DNA of 51,730 nt from an uncultured Clostridia bacterium (GTDB taxonomy: Bacteria > CAYTYR01 > UBA6262). Made by a program: the position numbers and the translations under genes. The DNA lies in the NCBI GenBank assembly GCA_964441745.1, contig CAYTYR010000004.1:62001-113730 (forward strand). Direction: 5' to 3'. Under the pieces are notes generated by a model that saw nothing but the letters and a program-made list of their open reading frames with translations, ran no database searches and was not told the origin of the DNA. Below are positions 1 to 9,749 of this stretch, in pieces. Each line of letters starts with the position of its first letter. Position 1 is the first letter of the stretch.

Positions 1-759
1 TTTAAAATGATAAAGTATGGCAAAGAGAGACGGCCGGATATAGCTTTCCGCGTCAGCACCAGCGGCACGCCGCTTGATCGTTTTTTGCCGGAAGAGATTA
101 CCGGCAGCGGGTTGGATGAACTGGATATTTGCCTGGATGGCTCCACCAAGGAAATTCATGAAGGATACCGCCAGGGCAGCGACTTTGACCGCATCTGCGC
201 TGCTGCCCGTAATTTATGCCAGTATAAACAAAAAAGCGGGTTTCCCAGCCCCCGTATAATTCAGATGACCTTAATGCATAAGCAAACAGTAAAACTTATC
301 CCGCAGATTACCGCTTTGGCGCAGAGTATTGGTTTTGATGAACTGCACTTGCGCTATATGGGTATCCCAACCTTGACGTGCCCTCTGCCGGTACTGCAAA
401 AGCTGTATCCCTATTACGCGGGATTATCCCTGCAGGAACTGGCTAGCTTCAAGGATAAATATCTGCCTGATCCGGAATATACTTTGTACCGTAAAACCGG
501 CAAACGTTATTTATTGCGGAAACCCATGAAGCGGTGTTATAGTTTTCTTTCGCCGGTGATCTATTATAATGGGGACGTTTCTGTCTGTTGCCATGACGGG
601 GAAGGGTATTGCGTTTTTGGTAACCTGGTCAACGAGTCTTTTGCCGCGGTCATGCAACGCCAGGCGGTCCGTGACATATATTATAAAAAGCTGGAGATCT
701 GCCAGGACTGCGACCTGTCCTGGAGCGGGGTAAATTACAAGGAGATTAAGCTAAAATAA
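1..759 (+). CDS. Radical SAM/SPASM-domain protein, 5' end truncated by window edge
   Basis: Frame is open to position 1. Contains the radical SAM core segment (ICLDGSTKEIHEGYR) and a C-terminal SPASM-like Cys pattern (C..S..I.YNGDVSVCC.D...GN...CQDC). The CxxxCxxC motif would lie upstream of the window. Confidence 0.8.
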   Translation, partial: FKMIKYGKERRPDIAFRVSTSGTPLDRFLPEEITGSGLDELDICLDGSTKEIHEGYRQGSDFDRICAAARNLCQYKQKSGFPSPRIIQMTLMHKQTVKLIPQITALAQSIGFDELHLRYMGIPTLTCPLPVLQKLYPYYAGLSLQELASFKDKYLPDPEYTLYRKTGKRYLLRKPMKRCYSFLSPVIYYNGDVSVCCHDGEGYCVFGNLVNESFAAVMQRQAVRDIYYKKLEICQDCDLSWSGVNYKEIKLK

Positions 760-2342
760 TGTCAGTAACAAGAAATATTGCTAAAGGCAGCGCTATATTG
801 ATTATTGGCAGTTTCCTGGGATATATCCTGGCGTTGGGTAAGGAAATGCTGGTAGCGTCACGTTTCGGAGTCCGCTCCGGAATGGATGCTTATTATGCCG
901 CTCTTACTGTTCCTAATCTGATCAGCAACGTGCTGCTGGCTGCTTTCACCGCTATTTTTATCCCGATCATCATTAACAGCCAGGCGGTTGATGATATCCG
1001 GGCCAGGAAAATTACTAATATCACCGTCAGTTTCCTGTTGCTTTTTCTCCTGGCCAGTACCGTAGTTTTATTCGGGTTAGCCGCTCCCCTGATGCGCTTA
1101 GGCTTTCCGGGATTTAGTCCTGAAACAGGGTTAGCCGCAGTCAAATTACTGCGCGAAGTGAGCCTGATCGTTTTGCTTTCAGGCATTGTCGGTATTCTTC
1201 TGGGGATACTAAACAGCCGCCGGAAGTTCATAGCCCAGTCACTGGCCCCGATGTTTGTGACTGCCACCCTGATCGTGTTCATCTATATCGGTGGTAAGCA
1301 GTTGAGCGTTTCCAGCTTAACTTACGGATTATTGGCTGGCACTTTACTGGAAGCGGTTTATTTATATTTTGCGGTCCGCCAGGAAGGGTATGTTTTTCAT
1401 TTTGATTTTGACCTGCGGCAACCGGAGATAAAGACCATGGGGAATTTATTATTCCCGTTTTTGATCGGCACCGCCCTGGGCCAACTTAACATTATTGTGG
1501 ACCGTTTCATGGCTTCGGGATTAGGGACCGGCAGTATCGCGGCTCTGGGTTATGCGGATAAGCTGGTACATGTGCCGACCCAGATCATCAATGCCTCGAT
1601 CAGCACCGCGGCTTTTCCTTTTTTTGCGGCGCAGGTATCCTCTAAAGATATGGATGGTCTTAAACAGACGCTGTCCGCTACTTTACGGCTGGCGGCCTTT
1701 ATCCTGGTTCCGGCAACTGTCCTGCTCATTTTGTTCAGTAAACCATTAGTCCATATATTGTTTGAACGCGGAGCTTTTGATGCCGCGGCTACTTATTTGA
1801 CGGCCAGTATTTTCTCCATGTACGCCTTGCAGCTTTTTTTCACCGCGGCGGAGGTTTTGCTGATCAGGGTGTTTTTCTCCCTGCAGAATATGAAGGTAGT
1901 GGTAACCATAGTTATCTTGAGCGTGATCTTTAATGTTATCGGTAATTATATCTTCATGAGGGTGATCACTCCTGCGGCCGCAGGCATTGCTTTATCTACA
2001 TCACTGGTGGAAGCAGTTATTATGGTAGTGGCGTTTTGGTTCCTGCGCCGGGAAGTAGGGCCATTGCCCTGGAGCTACCTGGGAAAAGGTTTGCAAAAGA
2101 TATTAACCGCGTCTTTCCTTTCACTGATCGTGGTCTATTTGGTTTGCTACCAGGCGATCATGACCGTAGGGCAGGGGAATATCTTCAGGCAGGCTGTGTA
2201 TCTGGCTGGAGCGATGTTGATCGGCGCAGCTTTATACCTTTGGCTATGCCGCTTAATGCACCTGGAAGAAATAGGAAAGATCCAAAACCTGGTTGCGGAA
2301 AAAATCCAAGAGATGAGAGGCAAATGGCAGAAGTCGTATTAA
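759..2342 (+). CDS. murJ: MurJ/MviN-family lipid II/polysaccharide flippase
   Basis: Polytopic membrane protein with MviN motifs (FG...MDAYYAA..VPN, Q.NIIVDRFMAS.L..GSIA.L.YA.KL...P, LFERGAFD). Its position in a glycan cluster means it may be a paralog rather than the peptidoglycan flippase. Confidence 0.85.
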   Translation: MSVTRNIAKGSAILIIGSFLGYILALGKEMLVASRFGVRSGMDAYYAALTVPNLISNVLLAAFTAIFIPIIINSQAVDDIRARKITNITVSFLLLFLLASTVVLFGLAAPLMRLGFPGFSPETGLAAVKLLREVSLIVLLSGIVGILLGILNSRRKFIAQSLAPMFVTATLIVFIYIGGKQLSVSSLTYGLLAGTLLEAVYLYFAVRQEGYVFHFDFDLRQPEIKTMGNLLFPFLIGTALGQLNIIVDRFMASGLGTGSIAALGYADKLVHVPTQIINASISTAAFPFFAAQVSSKDMDGLKQTLSATLRLAAFILVPATVLLILFSKPLVHILFERGAFDAAATYLTASIFSMYALQLFFTAAEVLLIRVFFSLQNMKVVVTIVILSVIFNVIGNYIFMRVITPAAAGIALSTSLVEAVIMVVAFWFLRREVGPLPWSYLGKGLQKILTASFLSLIVVYLVCYQAIMTVGQGNIFRQAVYLAGAMLIGAALYLWLCRLMHLEEIGKIQNLVAEKIQEMRGKWQKSY

Positions 2343-3820
2343 TATTTCCTAAATTTAGTAACTGGAATTATAAACGTGACCTGCCCACCAGTGATACCAT
2401 TCCGATGGGGCTATTATCCATTGGTTCGGTACTGGAAAAAGCTGGTTTTAGCGTTAGGATCATCGATGGTAATCTCTCGCCTGATTATTTACAGGCAGTA
2501 AAGACAGAAGTCCGGGATACCGGCGTATTATTCATCGGGATATCGGTAATGACGGCCCAGGTGCCGGAAGCAATGGCTATTGCCGCATTTTGCCGGCTTG
2601 AGCGGCCGGAACTACCAATAGTCTGGGGCGGAATTCATCCGACCTTGTTCCCTGAGCAGACTAACCAGGATAAAAATGTGGATCTGGTGATCTTTGGGGA
2701 AGGGGAAGGGCCTGTCTTGGAATTAGCCAGGCGGCTGAAAGAAAAGAAAGATTTTAAAGATATCCCCGGCTTGGCCTGGAAGCAGGATGAAAAGATCAAG
2801 GTGAACGATCCTGGCCAGCCTACTGACCTGGATGCGCTGCCTTTGCCTGATTACGGGTTACTGGCGGCGGAAAGGTATGCCCGGCTGGAAATAAAGGGAC
2901 AAGTCAAAAGGTCACTGGCTGTCCACAGCGGCATTGGCTGCCCGCATCGGTGTTCTTTTTGTATCAATACTTTATTATTCAAAAGAAAAAGGCGCTCAAA
3001 ATCAGCAGCCAGGATCCTGGCTGAGATCCAGTATTTGATCAAGCAATACCAGGTAAACCATATTTCCTTCCGGGACGAGAATTTTTTTTCATCCCGGGCG
3101 GAAGTGGAAAAATTCCTGGCGGGGGTAAAAGAAAGCGGTTTAAAATTCACCTGGGATACCACGGTCCGGGCGGATTATTTCCAGCCGTCCTACTTATCTG
3201 AAGAAATGTTGGAACGTTTAAGGGAAGCTGGTTGTATCCGTTTGGGTATCGGGGTGGAATCAGCTTCGGCGCGTATATTGGAAATTCTCCGTAAGGATAT
3301 TACTCTCCAGGAGGTGGAAGCTTCAGCGGTGTTATGCCGGCGCCATGGCATTCACCCATACTATTCATTTATGATCGCTTTGCCTGGTGAGCAGAAAAAG
3401 GAAATGCTGGAAACAATTAATTTCATAGTTCGCCTGAAAAAGATTAACCCGGACGCGGATATTATTACTCCCCAGATCTACCGGCCTTATCCCGGCAATG
3501 AACTTTACGAATATTGCCTAAAATCGGGATTCCAGGAACCGGCTGACCTGGAAGGGTGGGCGAAGATGAATCTGGAATCATCCGGCTATATTCCTGGCCG
3601 TGAGCTTCCCTGGATCAGCGATCTAAGACTAATTAATAGCTTGACCTTCTTTGTAGAGTACGCAGTCAAAGCGAAAATCCCGGGAGGATGGCAGGCCCCA
3701 TTCTACCTGGCTTTACGTCTATCCTTCTGGCTGCGCCGCAAAGTTGGATTCTGGCATTTACTTTTTGAACAGCCACTATATGAGATTTTAACCAGTTGCA
3801 AGAGAAAGAAGGTGACCTGA
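2324..3820 (+). CDS. B12-binding (class B) radical SAM protein
   Basis: PMGLLSIGS and WGGIHPT cobalamin-binding motifs, GEGE, and CPHRCSFC (CxxxCxxC). Start moved to ATG 2324, which follows GAGAGG. Confidence 0.9.
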   Translation: MAEVVLIFPKFSNWNYKRDLPTSDTIPMGLLSIGSVLEKAGFSVRIIDGNLSPDYLQAVKTEVRDTGVLFIGISVMTAQVPEAMAIAAFCRLERPELPIVWGGIHPTLFPEQTNQDKNVDLVIFGEGEGPVLELARRLKEKKDFKDIPGLAWKQDEKIKVNDPGQPTDLDALPLPDYGLLAAERYARLEIKGQVKRSLAVHSGIGCPHRCSFCINTLLFKRKRRSKSAARILAEIQYLIKQYQVNHISFRDENFFSSRAEVEKFLAGVKESGLKFTWDTTVRADYFQPSYLSEEMLERLREAGCIRLGIGVESASARILEILRKDITLQEVEASAVLCRRHGIHPYYSFMIALPGEQKKEMLETINFIVRLKKINPDADIITPQIYRPYPGNELYEYCLKSGFQEPADLEGWAKMNLESSGYIPGRELPWISDLRLINSLTFFVEYAVKAKIPGGWQAPFYLALRLSFWLRRKVGFWHLLFEQPLYEILTSCKRKKVT

Positions 3821-4489
3821 GTGAGCACACGCTGGCAGGAATATTTTTCCAGGGAAGGCAAGCAATATAATTCGCAGTTAGAACAGGCGGCGGCCCATTG
3901 GTCCTATCACCAGCCTCTTTATTACCAGGTCAGGAAATTAGTTAAACCGCCGGCCAGGATACTGGATATCGGCTGCGGCCTGGGATATTCAGCGATTTAT
4001 TTACAGCAATGCGGCTACCAGGTAACCGGGCTGGATAATGACGATAAGATCCTGGCCCAAGCCAGGGAACAGGGAATGTATTTCCGGTGTGAGGCCAGAT
4101 TTGAAAAAGCTGAAGCCCGGGACCTGTCAAGATATTATAGCCGCTACGATCTCGCCTATTCAGTCGGCGTGATCGAACATTTTACCCGCCAGGAAACAGT
4201 GGCTTTGCTTAAGGAGCAGGCTAAATGCGCTCCCATAGTAATGGCGGTAGTACCCAGCAGTTTTACCCGTTATGCGGGCCAGATCACTGATGAGCGTATT
4301 TACTCTGCCGGGCAAATGAAAAAAATATTAGCCGCTGCCGGTTTGGCAGTCACTGGTACTTTTGGTTTCGGCGATGTATACGCGCCGCAGCATGTCTGGG
4401 TTAAACGGCTTTTGCCGTATGGTTTATACCGGTTATTGCAGGATAATTTTTCATATGCCATGGATCTTGGCTGTATAGGAAGGAAATAA
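3821..4489 (+). CDS. Class I SAM-dependent methyltransferase
   Basis: ILDIGCGLG motif I, GLD motif II, GVIEHF; GTG start abuts the upstream stop. Confidence 0.88.
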   Translation: MSTRWQEYFSREGKQYNSQLEQAAAHWSYHQPLYYQVRKLVKPPARILDIGCGLGYSAIYLQQCGYQVTGLDNDDKILAQAREQGMYFRCEARFEKAEARDLSRYYSRYDLAYSVGVIEHFTRQETVALLKEQAKCAPIVMAVVPSSFTRYAGQITDERIYSAGQMKKILAAAGLAVTGTFGFGDVYAPQHVWVKRLLPYGLYRLLQDNFSYAMDLGCIGRK

Positions 4490-4490
4490 T

Positions 4491-5438
4491 TTGCGCGATA
4501 AACTACTCAATTATTTATGCTGTCCCGGGTGTCGGGGAGAATTAAACCTGGCAGTGGAACTACGCGTAGGCGAAGAGATCAAAGAGGGTTTTTTAACGTG
4601 CGGCAATTGCCAAGCCAGGTATAAAATAACAAATTTTATTCCCCGGTTCGTTAGCTCTGACCAGTATGCCGCCAATTTCAGCTTTGAATGGCAGCTTTAT
4701 AACCGTACCCAGCTGGATAGCGCTAACCGTACCCGCGAGTCAAAAGACACTTTTTTTGAGAAAACCGGGTTTAGCCCCGAGGAATTAAAAGGAAAAGTGA
4801 TCCTGGACGGCGGTTGCGGCATGGGCCGGTTCCTGGAGGTAGCGCAACCTTACGCGCAGGAAGTGATCGGCGTGGATCTGTCGTTAGCCGTGGAATCAGC
4901 CCTGGTGAATTTACGTCAATTCGCTAATGTCCACATTATCCAGGCTGATCTTTTTGCGTTACCGCTCAAAAAAGAGATTTGTGATTTTATTTACAGTATC
5001 GGGGTGTTACACCATACTCCCGGCACCCAGGCAGCTTTTAAAAAGTTATTGCCACACCTGAAAACCGGCGGGACGATCGCGATCTGGGTTTATTCCAACG
5101 AGACAGCTTATACCCGCAGCCGTAATTGGTGGACCGATCTTTACCGGCATTTTACCGTTCCTATGCCTAAAAGATTGCTGTGGCTATTGTGCCACCTGGC
5201 GATACCATTCTATTATTTAAAAAAAATACCTAAAGTGGGGACCTTATTGGACCGGATTTTCCCTATGAGCAATCATCCTGTCGCTTCCTGGCGGGTCCTG
5301 GATACTTATGACTGGTATTCGCCAAAATACCAGTGGAAACATACGTCTGATGAAGTAACCGCGTGGTTCAAAGAAGAGGGCTTGGCCGGGATTACAACTT
5401 TAAGCTTTCCAGTGTCAGTAAAAGGCAGGAAATTATAG
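4491..5438 (+). CDS. Trm112-like zinc-ribbon + SAM methyltransferase fusion
   Basis: N-terminal CPGC...CGNC...Y.I..FIPRF; ILDGGCGMGR; GVLHHTP. Confidence 0.85.
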   Translation: MRDKLLNYLCCPGCRGELNLAVELRVGEEIKEGFLTCGNCQARYKITNFIPRFVSSDQYAANFSFEWQLYNRTQLDSANRTRESKDTFFEKTGFSPEELKGKVILDGGCGMGRFLEVAQPYAQEVIGVDLSLAVESALVNLRQFANVHIIQADLFALPLKKEICDFIYSIGVLHHTPGTQAAFKKLLPHLKTGGTIAIWVYSNETAYTRSRNWWTDLYRHFTVPMPKRLLWLLCHLAIPFYYLKKIPKVGTLLDRIFPMSNHPVASWRVLDTYDWYSPKYQWKHTSDEVTAWFKEEGLAGITTLSFPVSVKGRKL

Positions 5439-5440
5439 CT

Positions 5441-6568
5441 ATGCGTATTTGCATGATCAGTCCGCAATTCTATCCCATAGTGGGGGGGACGGAAAAACAA
5501 GCCGCAGCCCTGGCCTTTATACTGCAGGAGCAGGGCCATACGGTATTCCTGCTTACCCAAGCTATCCCTGGCGTGCCGCGGGGAGAAGCCAGCGTACAAG
5601 GATTGAAAGTGTACCGGGATATTACCGGTACGGGGTTAAAATATATTCTTACTACTTTTTCTTTTCTTTGGAAAAAGAAGAAAGAATATGACCTTATTCA
5701 TTGTCACCTGTTGTATCTGCAGGTGGTGGCAGCGGTGATAGCCGGTAAACTGTTAAAGAAACCGGTACTGGTCAAAGTTGCCTGCAGCGGAGAATGGGGT
5801 GATGTCGCCCGGATGAAAAAGATGTTTGGGTCAGGCTTGCTCCTGGGAATATGCCGCCGCGCTGCCGGGTTTATTTCCTTAAGCCAGGAGATCAAAAGCG
5901 AATTAACCGGCAGCGGTGTGTCTCCTGCCAAGATAATTGATTACCATAATTTTGTCGACACTGCTAAATTCATAGCTGTAGGCAAACAGGATAAGCTGGC
6001 CTGCCGGAAGAAATTGTCCTTACCCCTGGAAGGAAAACTGGTGGTCTTTGCCGGCCGGCTGGAAAAACAGAAAGGCGTTCTTGATCTGGCCGCAGCCTGG
6101 AAAGAAGTAAGCCGGGAATATAACCAGGCGAGCTTGGCCATCGTCGGTAAGGGGTTGCTCTTTAACGAAATGGTCAGTATCTTGGCCCCGGCTCCACAAA
6201 ACTGGCGCGTTATATTTGTACCTGAAACTGAAGCAGTGTACCAGTATTTACAGGCTGCTGATATCTTTGTCTTGCCTTCGGTTTCTGAAGGCATGTCCAA
6301 CTCCTTGCTGGAAGCCATGTCCTGCGGATTAGCCTGCGTAGTTTCTGATATTGGCGGAAACCGGGAATTGGTAGAGGGAGGATCTGGGGGGATTTTAGTG
6401 ACTCCCCATAATCCCCAGTCCTTGGCTAAAGGTATATTAAACTTGTTAACTGATGAAACGGCAGCGGCGCGTCTCTCGTCATACGGCAGCCGCAAGGTAC
6501 GGCAGGAATATGATACTATTTCAGCCGCTAAAAAATATTTGGAACTATATAAAGGATTATCAATCTAA
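5441..6568 (+). CDS. Glycosyltransferase family 4
   Basis: FYPIVGGTE N-terminus, FAGRLEKQKG, FVLPSVSEGMSNSLLEAM (EX7E). Start ATG 5441. Confidence 0.92.
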   Translation: MRICMISPQFYPIVGGTEKQAAALAFILQEQGHTVFLLTQAIPGVPRGEASVQGLKVYRDITGTGLKYILTTFSFLWKKKKEYDLIHCHLLYLQVVAAVIAGKLLKKPVLVKVACSGEWGDVARMKKMFGSGLLLGICRRAAGFISLSQEIKSELTGSGVSPAKIIDYHNFVDTAKFIAVGKQDKLACRKKLSLPLEGKLVVFAGRLEKQKGVLDLAAAWKEVSREYNQASLAIVGKGLLFNEMVSILAPAPQNWRVIFVPETEAVYQYLQAADIFVLPSVSEGMSNSLLEAMSCGLACVVSDIGGNRELVEGGSGGILVTPHNPQSLAKGILNLLTDETAAARLSSYGSRKVRQEYDTISAAKKYLELYKGLSI

Positions 6569-8472
6569 TGTGCGGAATCTGCGGTTTAATATCTTTAAAA
6601 GGGCAACCTGTTACTGTTGAGACCCTGAAGAAAATGAACGACACCCTGATCCATCGCGGTCCGGATGACGAAGGATTTTATATTCACGAGAATGTCGGGC
6701 TGGGTCACCGGCGTTTGTCTATTATCGACCTTAACAGCGGTCACCAGCCGATCCATAATGAAACTGAAAGCATCTGGATAGTTTTTAACGGTGAGATCTA
6801 TAATTTCCTGGAGTTAAGGCCGGAACTGGAAAAGAAAGGCCATATATTTTATACCAAAACCGATACTGAAGTGATCATTCACCTCTATGAAGAATACGGC
6901 GAGAAATGCGTGGAACACCTGCGGGGCATGTTTGCTTTTGCTCTCTGGGATAAGCAGAAAGAACAGTTATTTATGGCCCGGGACAGGCTGGGCAAAAAAC
7001 CGCTCTATTATTACCATGATGAAAATGTTTTTGCTTTTGGTTCAGAGATTAAAGCTATCCTGCATTGTCCGGGTGTCCCCCGGGAACCGAATTCGGCCGC
7101 GCTGCATCATTTCCTCGCGTATCAATATATACCGGCGCCGATGACTGCCTTCAAGAATATAAAAAAAATGCCACAGGCTTCCTGGTTAGTATTAACCAAA
7201 GAAGGCCAGGTCAAGGTCCAGGACTATTGGCAGTTGAGTTTCCGGGATAAACTGAAATTACCACTGGTCGAACATCAGAAAAATCTGCGGGCACTGCTCT
7301 TAGAAGCCACGAAAATAAGAATGATCAGCGATGTTCCATTGGGAGCGTTTCTGAGCGGGGGGATTGATTCTTCCATCATTGTCGGACTGATGAGCCAACT
7401 CTCTTCCCAATCGGTCAAAACCTTTTCTATCGGTTTCCCGGAGAAAGATTATGATGAAACCCGTTATGCCAGGATGGTAGCGGAAAAGTTTCATACTGAC
7501 CATCATGAATTACGGGTAGAGCCCAAAGCTATTGAAATACTGCCCAAACTGGTCTGGCATTATGACCAGCCATTTGCGGATGTCAGCGCTTTACCCTCAT
7601 ATTATTTGGCCAGAGAAACCAGGCGGGATGTGACCGTCGCCTTGAATGGCGACGGCGGGGATGAGAATTTTGCCGGTTACGGCCGCTATAAAGCCCATAT
7701 GTTCGTGCATTATTATTACTATCAGAAATTGCCGGATTGGCTCAGGAAAAAAGTTATTCCGGGATTAGCCGGCCTTTTGCCTGATCACTTTGACCGGCGA
7801 CATTTTTTCCGGAAACTGAAGCGCTTTGTAGGATCATGCGTCTTGTCTCCCCAAGAACGTAATTTTATTTTATTAGCTTATTATGAACCAGCTAGGCTCA
7901 TGTCCCTGTATACCCAGGAGTTTGCCGGCCGGGTAAAAGACATCGATCTCTATGACTATCTCGGGCAGCGTTACGCCGCGTCCGGTTCGGCTAACATACT
8001 GGACCAGTTCCAGTATACGGACCTGATGACTTACCTGCCGGAAGACCTAATGACTAAAATGGATGTGGCCACCATGGCTAATTCATTGGAAACAAGATCC
8101 CCGTTCCTGGACCAAAAAGTCGTGGAATATGCGGCCAAAATACCAGCCGCGTTAAAACTGACCCGCAGCTTAAATGCTAAGTATATCCTAAAGGAGACTT
8201 TTAAAGATCTACTGCCTGCAGAGATCATGAACCGCGGTAAAATGGGCTTCGGCGTACCAATTGGCCGCTGGTTCCGAGGTGAATTAAAAGATTATTTAAA
8301 AGAGACGTTACTCACTGAGAAATTTTATCGCCGGAATATTCTAACCAGGGAAAGTATCCAGGCGCTGGTCAATGACCATCTGGAGAGCCGGGCGGAAAAT
8401 GGTGAGCGCTTGTGGGCGCTGGTAAACATGGAAATTTGGTTCAGGATATTTATAGACAGGGAGAAAGTATAG
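6568..8472 (+). CDS. asnB: Asparagine synthase (glutamine-hydrolysing)-family amidotransferase, probably glycan amidation
   Basis: MCGICG Ntn N-terminus, HRGPD, RLSIID, FNGEIYN, LSGGIDSS. Confidence 0.95.
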   Translation: MCGICGLISLKGQPVTVETLKKMNDTLIHRGPDDEGFYIHENVGLGHRRLSIIDLNSGHQPIHNETESIWIVFNGEIYNFLELRPELEKKGHIFYTKTDTEVIIHLYEEYGEKCVEHLRGMFAFALWDKQKEQLFMARDRLGKKPLYYYHDENVFAFGSEIKAILHCPGVPREPNSAALHHFLAYQYIPAPMTAFKNIKKMPQASWLVLTKEGQVKVQDYWQLSFRDKLKLPLVEHQKNLRALLLEATKIRMISDVPLGAFLSGGIDSSIIVGLMSQLSSQSVKTFSIGFPEKDYDETRYARMVAEKFHTDHHELRVEPKAIEILPKLVWHYDQPFADVSALPSYYLARETRRDVTVALNGDGGDENFAGYGRYKAHMFVHYYYYQKLPDWLRKKVIPGLAGLLPDHFDRRHFFRKLKRFVGSCVLSPQERNFILLAYYEPARLMSLYTQEFAGRVKDIDLYDYLGQRYAASGSANILDQFQYTDLMTYLPEDLMTKMDVATMANSLETRSPFLDQKVVEYAAKIPAALKLTRSLNAKYILKETFKDLLPAEIMNRGKMGFGVPIGRWFRGELKDYLKETLLTEKFYRRNILTRESIQALVNDHLESRAENGERLWALVNMEIWFRIFIDREKV

Positions 8473-8474
8473 TT

Positions 8475-9713
8475 ATGAAGTTGGGGAGAGAGGAATGGAA
8501 GTACCTGCTGGCCTTTTTTTGTTTAGCAGTCATGGTCCGTTGTCTTTTTCTGGTTTTTACCGGCGGCCTGGCGGTGTCCTTGGTGGGAGATGAAATATCC
8601 TATGATCAGGCGGCACAGGCATTATTGGCCGGGCAGGGCATAACCAACACTTTCCAACCGCCGCTGTATTCCTTATTCCTGGCCTTGATCTACCGGATTT
8701 TCGGACAGAACCCGGTGATCGTTCGTTTGATCCAGGTATTGCTTAATTCACTGCTCTGTATTTTGATCTATCTGGTCGGCAAAAAAGCTTTTAATACCAG
8801 GATCGCTACTATCGCTTTGGTTATTGCCGTGGTCTATTATGACCTTTTTGAGATGAGCAGGTTTATGCTTAGTGAAAATTTGTTTACTTTCTTTTTAACC
8901 GGGGTTTTATATTGTTTATACCAGGTTAAAAGTAAAGACCCAGCCGGGATTAATTTTTACCAGGCAATGGCGGGAATATTACTGGGCTTGGCTACCCTGA
9001 CCCGCGGTATTACCGTGGTCTTTCCGGTGGTACTGCTATTTTGGGTGATTATGACCAGGCAGAAGATGAAAAATTTCCTGGTGATCATTGTTTTTTTTAT
9101 GCTTACGATGAGTCCCTGGGTGATCAGGAATTACCGGGTACATGGTTCTTTAATTCTTACAGATACTCATGGCGGCATAGTTTTTCTTGGCGGCAACCTG
9201 CCTGAAGCCAGGGGGCAATGGGACGCTGAACCGGTGTTGCGCCGGTATCCGCATTTGACGGACTGGCCGGAAGCGGCAAGGGATAAAGCTTATTTCCACG
9301 AAGGGCTAAAAGTGATCAGGGATTATCCCAAACTGGCATATGCGCAATTACTTAGCCTGAAATTTCTTTCCCTGGTCTATCCTTTTTTGCCAGGCTATGA
9401 CTTGACTTTCGTTCTTATCCTGCCTTTTTTACTGTTGGGTATGGTTTATGATTGGCAGACGGGTAGAAATTACTTACTGCCTGGTATTCTTCTCCTGTTT
9501 CTGGCTCAAACCCTGATTTTTTTTGGCTTGCCCAGGTTTCGGGGCCCTTTATCACCGGTGTTGATCCTTCTGGGGGCTGCCGGAATATCTGTCACGTATG
9601 ACCGGTTGAAAAACAAGACCTATTGGTGGGGAGCAGGATGGTTACTGATCAACCTGTTTATTTTCTTTTTTTCCGAGCGGATCAGGCTTATTGTCAGGTT
9701 GCTGCGGGGCTAA
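8475..9713 (+). CDS. ArnT/PMT-like (GT-C, GT39-like) membrane glycosyltransferase
   Basis: GDE..YD first-loop acidic motif, PPLY..FLA, SENLF, PWVIRNY, PRFR.P; many TM segments. Start ATG 8475. Confidence 0.8.
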   Translation: MKLGREEWKYLLAFFCLAVMVRCLFLVFTGGLAVSLVGDEISYDQAAQALLAGQGITNTFQPPLYSLFLALIYRIFGQNPVIVRLIQVLLNSLLCILIYLVGKKAFNTRIATIALVIAVVYYDLFEMSRFMLSENLFTFFLTGVLYCLYQVKSKDPAGINFYQAMAGILLGLATLTRGITVVFPVVLLFWVIMTRQKMKNFLVIIVFFMLTMSPWVIRNYRVHGSLILTDTHGGIVFLGGNLPEARGQWDAEPVLRRYPHLTDWPEAARDKAYFHEGLKVIRDYPKLAYAQLLSLKFLSLVYPFLPGYDLTFVLILPFLLLGMVYDWQTGRNYLLPGILLLFLAQTLIFFGLPRFRGPLSPVLILLGAAGISVTYDRLKNKTYWWGAGWLLINLFIFFFSERIRLIVRLLRG

Positions 9714-9749
9714 AATTATATTAACTAAAATAACTAGCTGGAGAGGATA

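Noticed and set aside
2036-2323. N-terminal extensions in the ORF track (2036, 5363, 8412, 16592, 26289, 26900, 29861, 33608, 36067, 49287)
   Set aside because: They overlap upstream genes, promoters or terminators; downstream starts give canonical N-termini, usually with an SD or translational coupling.
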